Below are positions 7,018-12,309 of a DNA stretch of 12,309 nucleotides, piece by piece; positions within the stretch are counted from its first letter, which is position 1, and every line of letters begins with the position of its first letter. The DNA lies in contig JBIKWN010000070.1 of the NCBI GenBank assembly GCA_044356295.1, positions 1-12,309 of the forward strand, written 5' to 3'. The stretch comes from Bdellovibrionota bacterium. Lineage in GTDB: Bacteria > Bdellovibrionota_C > UBA2361 > JBIKWN01. Below the pieces are notes generated by a model. It was not told the DNA's origin, did no database searches, and was given only the letters and a program-made list of their open reading frames with translations. The position numbers and the translations under genes were made by a program.

Positions 7018-7374
7018 ATGCGAGACAATTACCAAGGTGGCCAAGATAGTATTGTAACAAAACTATTCTCTTCATTTACCGACCTAGAAACTGCGATAGA
7101 AAGCGCAAAAGAAACTCTTCAAAAACGTGGGACTATTCCTGCAGAAGTAATCAAAAGACTTGAAAGCTACGATACCATTATTACAAAGCAACGACGTCTT
7201 GCGACTGACTTGTGCGAAAAAATGCACAAAGAAGAATGGGACGAAGTAAATCGTATTGTTGGACTTATCAATGGACTCTCTTCAATGATAAGAGACGATG
7301 CGCGAGCAATCCTTTCTGCGTTATCATTAAATACTGATGACACAGAATCTGATGCCGATAAGAATTTTTGTTAA
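7018..7374 (+). CDS. Hypothetical alpha-helical protein (118 aa)
   Basis: The ORF track starts at 7009, but that ATG overlaps the SD AAGGA (7005-7009), whereas ATG 7018 lies 8 nt downstream of it. The sequence has an amphipathic helical pattern and an acidic tail ending in NFC. Confidence 0.8.
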   Translation: MRDNYQGGQDSIVTKLFSSFTDLETAIESAKETLQKRGTIPAEVIKRLESYDTIITKQRRLATDLCEKMHKEEWDEVNRIVGLINGLSSMIRDDARAILSALSLNTDDTESDADKNFC

Positions 7375-7402
7375 ACCTCGCTTGAGTACCGCAAGGAGCA
7401 CT

Positions 7403-8452
7403 GTGTCCAAAGCTCCCAGTCGAGGGGTGGCGCTACTACTAGTGACTTTTGTAGTAGCGCTAGCCTCGATTGTTGTTACTGATCTTGCTTATTCAACGTA
7501 TCTTGCTGCGAGAGCAAATTCAGTTATAGAAAAAAGTTTATTTGCAGAGTACTTGATGAAGTCTGCTGCAAATATTGGTAGTGCTTATCTGCTTGCTGAT
7601 AAAGATCCTCAGGCTGATGGGCCACAAGATCTTTGGGCGCGATTTCAAAAAGGACAAGTTGTGCCTTTGCAAATGCTTGGTATTAATGAACCTAATGCTT
7701 CGCTTAGTGTTGAACTCATTTCCGAAAAACAGAAATTCCCAATAAAAACTATCTTACCCTCAGGGCTTCCTAGTTCAAGCACTAGAACAATGAACCGCGA
7801 TAGATTGAGCAGACTCTTTGAGCAACTTGGATTTGATAATGATTTAGAAGAGAAAGAAACCACAGGAAAGCTAAAGGGTCGATTTTTTAATTCGAAACAA
7901 CTCGTTGCTAACTTCATTGATTCAATATCTTCTGATACTGATTCGTACTCAGCTCCTCCTTATCAGGGAATTAAATCAGATCTTCCACCACAGTTTTTTC
8001 CGAATAAAGTACCTGAATCAATCGGACAATTAAGAACAATTCCAGGATTTACTGCAAACCGAATGAGGAAAATCCAACCATTGATTTCGCTATACGGAGC
8101 AGAGATTAATATTAACTTTGCACCACTTCCGATCTTAAAAGCTCTTTCTTCTCAAATGACTAGTAATGATATCGCTAAAATTATTACTGAAAGAGAAGCT
8201 GAATCAGGTCCGATACGTGATTTTTCACAGCTTCGATCAATAATTCCAACTTCTGTTCTTAATGATCTTAACAATGATAATATAATTAAATATGACTCTT
8301 ACTCAGGTCCTTCTGGAGGTAGATCAGACGTTGCTTATTTTCAAGTCATCAGCAAGGTTGAACTTGGGGTGAAGACTTATTTTATGAGAGCTATTCTTGA
8401 TAGAGATATGGTAAATAAAGAAGTTGTTTATCGTGAGTTGCAGTTTTATTAG
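7403..8452 (+). CDS. gspK: Type II secretion minor pseudopilin GspK-like protein
   Basis: Prepilin-type N-terminus SRG|VALLLVTFVVALAS without Glu+5 (typical of GspK), D...D.WA, a helix-hairpin-like segment L..IPGFT, and ININFAP..ILKAL. The in-frame GTG at 7403, preceded by AAGGAG (7393-7398), is preferred over ATG 7337, which overlaps the upstream gene by 38 bp. Confidence 0.82.
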   Translation: MSKAPSRGVALLLVTFVVALASIVVTDLAYSTYLAARANSVIEKSLFAEYLMKSAANIGSAYLLADKDPQADGPQDLWARFQKGQVVPLQMLGINEPNASLSVELISEKQKFPIKTILPSGLPSSSTRTMNRDRLSRLFEQLGFDNDLEEKETTGKLKGRFFNSKQLVANFIDSISSDTDSYSAPPYQGIKSDLPPQFFPNKVPESIGQLRTIPGFTANRMRKIQPLISLYGAEININFAPLPILKALSSQMTSNDIAKIITEREAESGPIRDFSQLRSIIPTSVLNDLNNDNIIKYDSYSGPSGGRSDVAYFQVISKVELGVKTYFMRAILDRDMVNKEVVYRELQFY

Positions 8453-8510
8453 AATGTAGTGATAAATTATTAATCAGCAATACTATTACGACAGAAGGAA
8501 TTTTATTATA

Positions 8511-8554
8511 TTTAATAGGTTGACCTATCAAATTTAATAGGCTAACCTATTAAA
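8511..8554. repeat. Two abutting 22-bp direct repeats, each an inverted repeat (tandem operator-like)
   Basis: TTTAATAGGTTGACCTATCAAA (8511-8532) and TTTAATAGGCTAACCTATTAAA (8533-8554) are 19/22 identical. The second extends to perfect 11-bp arms over 8531-8556. Confidence 0.9.
8520..8548 (+). promoter_or_regulatory. Putative sigma-70 promoter embedded in the tandem palindromes
   Basis: TTGACC (8520-8525), a 17-bp spacer, then TAACCT (8543-8548). The ATG follows 8 nt later with no SD. Confidence 0.6.
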
Positions 8555-8556
8555 TT

Positions 8557-9708
8557 ATGAATAACATTATAAATCTTAGCTTTATCAATAAGTTAAAGGC
8601 AAAGATTGATAATAAATCAGACTTAATCCAAGTCCTTTTGGGTCCTCGTCAAGTCGGCAAGACAACGACAGTCCTCAAGCTAATCGAGGAACATTACAAA
8701 GAGACCTCAATCTATGTTAGCGCTGATGACGTATTTAATGCCGAATCAAATTGGCTTCGAGAGCAATGGCAGGAAGCGCAGAGGAAAAATAAAATTTTAT
8801 TTATAGATGAGATCCAAAAATCATATAATTGGTCTGATACCATAAAAACACTTTACGATGAATCAAAGAAAAATCGACGCCCAGTCAAATGTGTACTTTT
8901 AGGTTCAAGCTCTCTTGAGATACACAAAGGTCTTAGTGAGAGCCTCACAGGAAGATTTCAATTAACGTATGCTTATCATTGGAATTACCAGGAATCAGAA
9001 TTAGGATATGGCGTCAACTTTGAAGACTATCTTCGGTACGGTGGATATCCTGGATCGTATAAATTTATTAAGACTAATGATTGGGTTGATTACGTTAAGA
9101 ATTCTATAATCTCTACAGTGATCGAAAAGGATATTTTACAGTATAGCACTGTAAAAAACCCCGCGCTTTTCAAGCAAGCATTCGAGATAATGATTTCTTA
9201 TCCCGCACAAGAGATCTCATACACAAAAATTCTAGGTCAGCTCCAAGATAAAGGAAATGTCGAGCTCGTTAAATATTATCTTCACTTATTTGAAGGCGCC
9301 TTTCTCATAAAAGGATTAGAAAAGTTTTCAAATAAGGCCTTAAAAACCAGATCATCTTCGCCCAAGATATTACCCATGGCGCCCTGTATGCCATATCTTC
9401 AGATTAGGGACACCTATACACCTGACGAGTTAGGGAGGATATTTGAACTGTTAGTTGGGACTCAATTGGTTCGAACAAATGAGGAGCTGTATTATTGGCG
9501 TGAGGGTGCGTACGAAGTGGATTATGTTCTTAAGTCAGGAAGAAAGATTTTTGCAATTGAGGTAAAGAGTGGAAGAAAGAAAAGTGTTCACGGACTTACC
9601 CGTTTTAAACTGAATTTTCCAACATCTAAAACAATACTTATTTCAAGAGATAATTACACTGAGTTTGAGAAGGATCCAATATCTTTTCTCGAAGTAAATT
9701 CAGCATGA
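8557..9708 (+). CDS. AAA+ ATPase of the AAA_14/DUF4143 family with a C-terminal PD-(D/E)xK-like nuclease motif
   Basis: Walker A GPRQVGKTT, Walker B LFIDEIQK, LLGSS, ESLTGR, YLRYGGYP, an HTH-like segment (EISYTKI...NVELVKYYLHLFEGAFLI) and YWRE..YEVDYV......IFAIEVKSG. Confidence 0.92.
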   Translation: MNNIINLSFINKLKAKIDNKSDLIQVLLGPRQVGKTTTVLKLIEEHYKETSIYVSADDVFNAESNWLREQWQEAQRKNKILFIDEIQKSYNWSDTIKTLYDESKKNRRPVKCVLLGSSSLEIHKGLSESLTGRFQLTYAYHWNYQESELGYGVNFEDYLRYGGYPGSYKFIKTNDWVDYVKNSIISTVIEKDILQYSTVKNPALFKQAFEIMISYPAQEISYTKILGQLQDKGNVELVKYYLHLFEGAFLIKGLEKFSNKALKTRSSSPKILPMAPCMPYLQIRDTYTPDELGRIFELLVGTQLVRTNEELYYWREGAYEVDYVLKSGRKIFAIEVKSGRKKSVHGLTRFKLNFPTSKTILISRDNYTEFEKDPISFLEVNSA

Positions 9709-9734
9709 TAGTTGAGAACCAAATAAATATTGCG

Positions 9735-10748
9735 CTAAAGAATCTCAACTAGTTCATTTGGCTCAATTTGCTGTAATGAAAATTTGCCATTCTTTACGCT
9801 GAGGTATCCATAACCATGATGAGCCGCAAAAATAATATGATGGTTATCTGCTAACTTCCAATGCCACTCAGACATATCTTCACGTCTAGGTGAATGCCCA
9901 ACAATCAAATACCCATCCGGAATACCAATTTGTTGCAAGAAGGAATCTACATCTTCAAGCGAATAAGCGTGAGCTGGAATCAGTGCTCTTCCAAATCCAC
10001 CCCAATTAGCTTTCTGGACAATCTCATGCTGACTTGTGGCAGGAATATCTTCCACAACGCAATTTGCGATTTGCTCAAGACTATAACCAGTAATTGGACC
10101 CGCATGCACAACTGCCAGATTGTCAGCTATAGTCATTAGAGGACAGCGTGTTAAAAAGGAGCGGCAAAGTTCTAAATAATTTTCAGCATCGGTTTCATTA
10201 TCAAAGAGAGCCTTGATTGCTTCGATACTTGCTACTCCCTGATCGAACTTACTTTTCGGACCATCATTAGGAATATTATTTCTGAATAAATCATGATTAC
10301 CCAGATTGAGGTGAATCCCATGTGGGCACTGAATCTTCAGCTCAAGAAAAAGATCTAGTATTTGAATGGTTGTCCCCATGATACGGCGTCTATCTGGATG
10401 TTCTTCGTGTAGTAAATCCCCGTCTAATACTAATACTACTTCTCCATTAAGAGCTCTTTCCCAATTGTTACTGTGCGAGAGTATACGTCTAAGATTTTGA
10501 AGCATCGCGTGTACATCACCGGCTACAATAATTTCTATCTCTGGATCTAAATTTCTCAGATCAACCAAGCTACCTTTTTGATAGCCAACCCGTGGGTCAC
10601 GAGAAATTTCAAGCGCTTCCAAAGCTTTTTTAATACGTTCGAATCTTAACTCTGATGATTGGAGCGGTTCGGGTATTAATGGTAAGACTGGTGAATCCCA
10701 GGCTTCATACACACTTGGATCGAAATGTTGTTGATTGGTACTAAACAT
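9735..10748 (-). CDS. Calcineurin-like metallophosphoesterase
   Basis: Ordered motifs GDVHA (DxH), GDLLH, GNHD, VHAGP and VGHS. Confidence 0.85.
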   Translation of the reverse strand: MFSTNQQHFDPSVYEAWDSPVLPLIPEPLQSSELRFERIKKALEALEISRDPRVGYQKGSLVDLRNLDPEIEIIVAGDVHAMLQNLRRILSHSNNWERALNGEVVLVLDGDLLHEEHPDRRRIMGTTIQILDLFLELKIQCPHGIHLNLGNHDLFRNNIPNDGPKSKFDQGVASIEAIKALFDNETDAENYLELCRSFLTRCPLMTIADNLAVVHAGPITGYSLEQIANCVVEDIPATSQHEIVQKANWGGFGRALIPAHAYSLEDVDSFLQQIGIPDGYLIVGHSPRREDMSEWHWKLADNHHIIFAAHHGYGYLSVKNGKFSLQQIEPNELVEIL

Positions 10749-10758
10749 CTAAGTACGC

Positions 10759-10786
10759 AGCCTATCAAAACCCACACACTAATCAA
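10759..10786 (-). promoter_or_regulatory. Possible sigma-70 promoter of the metallophosphoesterase gene
   Basis: Minus strand TTGATT, a 16-bp spacer ending in TGa (extended -10), then TAGGCT, ending 10 nt before the ATG; no SD. Confidence 0.35.
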
Positions 10787-10967
10787 CTAACCGCAAAAAA
10801 ACTTCTTATCCCAGTCCAACTTTTAGAATGAAAGAATTTAATATTTTTAAATAGTTACAAGGCAAATGGTGACGCTACATTTATAATTTGTGAATTTGCA
10901 GAGTGACAAATGTGCACATCCTAGACAACCGATAGTGTCATGCTATGTAGATATGAGAGAAAAAATA

Positions 10968-10994
10968 ACGCGAAGGACACGAAGTACGCGAAGG
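10968..10994 (+). repeat. 3 x 9-bp tandem repeat AC(G/A)CGAAG(G/T)
   Basis: ACGCGAAGG ACACGAAGT ACGCGAAGG in an AT-rich intergenic region. Confidence 0.75.
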
Positions 10995-11059
10995 AGGGAT
11001 GACGAAAGTTTTTATGTTTTCTACAAAGCAATAGGTAACAGTTTCCTTCTTTTGTTAAC

Positions 11060-11968
11060 CTAACTATTAGCAACTTTTAATGAATACCTTGAGATGAGCG
11101 CCCCAATTACTATTAAAAATGCAGCAGTCCATGTTGCATTTCCAATCGGAATTTTAAGGTAGACCGCAGTAATTGTAAGCGACATCCACGGGATAAAATC
11201 GGCAAGAAGACTCAATGAATTTAGATTGCCTTTACGTGTTCCAATATCCCAGCAAACATTTGAAACGAAAGGAACTAAGCTCAAGTAAGTTAAAGGAATA
11301 ATGACGTCTGAGTCGAAGCTTAGGTTCTCGCGATGAAAAAAAGCGACTAGTGTAAAAAAGATACCAATCGAGAGCATAATTCCAGGGATCTCTTCTCCTT
11401 TCGTACTGGTATCACTCCACCTTCTATTTAAGGCAGAGTATAATCCCCATGTGAAAGCAGCAAAAAAAGCAAAAATGTATGGCAAAGGCTGAATCGATAC
11501 TTCAGTTTGATTACCGAGTACTCCAGAAAAAAGAACTTCAATACTGATACCAACAACAATCAATATGGTTCCTAATAACAAAATACTAGTTCGAACTTTT
11601 TGGCGAAAAAGAATGAGTGAAAATAATAAAGTAAAACTAGGCCAAAGATAGTTTAGTAAAATAACTATTGGATAATTCGCTAAAGCAACCATACCAATCG
11701 CAGAATAAAGCAGTATGAAATAGCAAATATACATTGCGACTCTTAATGCAAACAATCTATTCCCAACAACCTCCAACCTGAGTGGGTTCTTTTTCCGAAC
11801 AGAGAATGACCATACAATTCCAATTAACCCACTTAATGAATAAGCGATAGCAACAGTAGTGTATGGACCTATATGATCAGAACACTGCTTAGCAAATGGT
11901 AGTGTTGATGCCCACAGCAATAGTGCAATAACACCTATGTATGAAGCTTTATCAAAAGTAAATTTCAT
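11060..11968 (-). CDS. EamA/DMT family transporter, YddG-like (aromatic amino-acid exporter family)
   Basis: 302 aa with about 10 TM segments in two repeats; motifs IG.IALLLWAS, LNYLWP, AAFTWGLYS and WDIG.RKGN resemble YddG. Confidence 0.88.
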   Translation of the reverse strand: MKFTFDKASYIGVIALLLWASTLPFAKQCSDHIGPYTTVAIAYSLSGLIGIVWSFSVRKKNPLRLEVVGNRLFALRVAMYICYFILLYSAIGMVALANYPIVILLNYLWPSFTLLFSLILFRQKVRTSILLLGTILIVVGISIEVLFSGVLGNQTEVSIQPLPYIFAFFAAFTWGLYSALNRRWSDTSTKGEEIPGIMLSIGIFFTLVAFFHRENLSFDSDVIIPLTYLSLVPFVSNVCWDIGTRKGNLNSLSLLADFIPWMSLTITAVYLKIPIGNATWTAAFLIVIGALISRYSLKVANS

Positions 11969-12026
11969 AGGCTATCGTTTCAAATTAGAAATTTTGCGTT
12001 TACCGATATCTTATACAATGAAAAGA

Positions 12027-12272
12027 CTAAGCACTCGAGGTATTCTGGATTTCATTGTTATCAATTAATGCTAATGCTGTCATGACACCTAGTTCAGTTA
12101 ACTTCCACACACTCTTCTTTACTTTAGTAATAAGGTCGAGTTTAGCCAATCGACCTTGAGTTACATCATCAACAGAATATCTAGGATTAAATGTGAAGTT
12201 TGAAATAGCACTCGGGTTATCAGGCGATTGAACTTCAGCTGCGGTTTTTGATTTTAAATTGATAGACTGCAC
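12027..12272 (-). CDS. Small hypothetical protein or gene remnant with a winged-helix-like C-terminus
   Basis: 81-aa ORF with a GTG start. RLAKLDLITKVKKSVWKLTELG resembles the L...GLI.....G.W.LT..G wing of Mrr_N-type wHTH domains. An in-frame TAA just upstream means it cannot extend past the window edge in this frame. Confidence 0.4.
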   Translation of the reverse strand: MQSINLKSKTAAEVQSPDNPSAISNFTFNPRYSVDDVTQGRLAKLDLITKVKKSVWKLTELGVMTALALIDNNEIQNTSSA

Positions 12273-12309
12273 AAAATCTTTCCAATTGATAACTTAGGAT
12301 GATAACTAG

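Noticed and set aside
6838..7044. 68-aa minus-strand ORF
   Set aside because: Antisense to the sigma-54 promoter, leader and start of the 118-aa gene; no SD or motif.
7337..7402. Longer gspK start at ATG 7337 given by the ORF track
   Set aside because: It overlaps the upstream gene by 38 bp and lacks an SD. GTG 7403 has AAGGAG and gives a typical short prepilin leader.
7645..7917. 90-aa minus-strand ORF
   Set aside because: Antisense shadow of gspK.
8511..8554. Tandem palindromes as a mini-CRISPR, IS end or intrinsic terminator
   Set aside because: No spacer, no cas or transposase gene and no partner repeat seen elsewhere in the window; the stems are AT-rich without a U tract.
9894..10139. 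81-aa + strand ORF
   Set aside because: Antisense shadow of the metallophosphoesterase gene.
11014..11034. Micro-ORF MFSTKQ* resembling the metallophosphoesterase N-terminus MFSTNQ
   Set aside because: Opposite strand, different codons and only six residues, so most likely coincidence.

Overview
Gene-dense, AT-rich bacterial chromosomal window. The FlgB, GspK and sigma-54 signals suggest a Deltaproteobacteria-like/Bdellovibrionota-like organism, which is an inference and not established. In order: the start of a flagellar flgB-flgC operon (minus strand; flgC runs off the left edge); a divergent MFS transporter; a minus-strand cluster of upp, a CbpA-like double cNMP-binding protein, MlaA/VacJ, a CheY-like receiver and an OsmC protein; a small acidic hypothetical gene; a short GlpD-like FAD oxidoreductase; a 118-aa helical hypothetical gene followed by an orphan GspK-like pseudopilin; an AAA_14/DUF4143 ATPase with a C-terminal PD-(D/E)xK motif; a metallophosphoesterase; a YddG-like DMT exporter; and a doubtful small wHTH-like ORF at the right edge. 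No rRNA, tRNA, CRISPR array or transposase is visible. The most interesting signals are non-coding. (1) Two tandem 22-bp palindromes lie over the -35 and -10 boxes of a near-leaderless promoter for the ATPase-nuclease gene. (2) A sigma-54 promoter is followed by a ~115-nt leader with six GGA motifs (CsrA/RsmA-like) upstream of the hypothetical gene and gspK. (3) The flgB promoter has a FleQ-like palindrome, an IHF-like site and a variant sigma-54 box. (4) A 3 x 9-nt purine-rich tandem repeat sits in an otherwise unexplained intergenic region.
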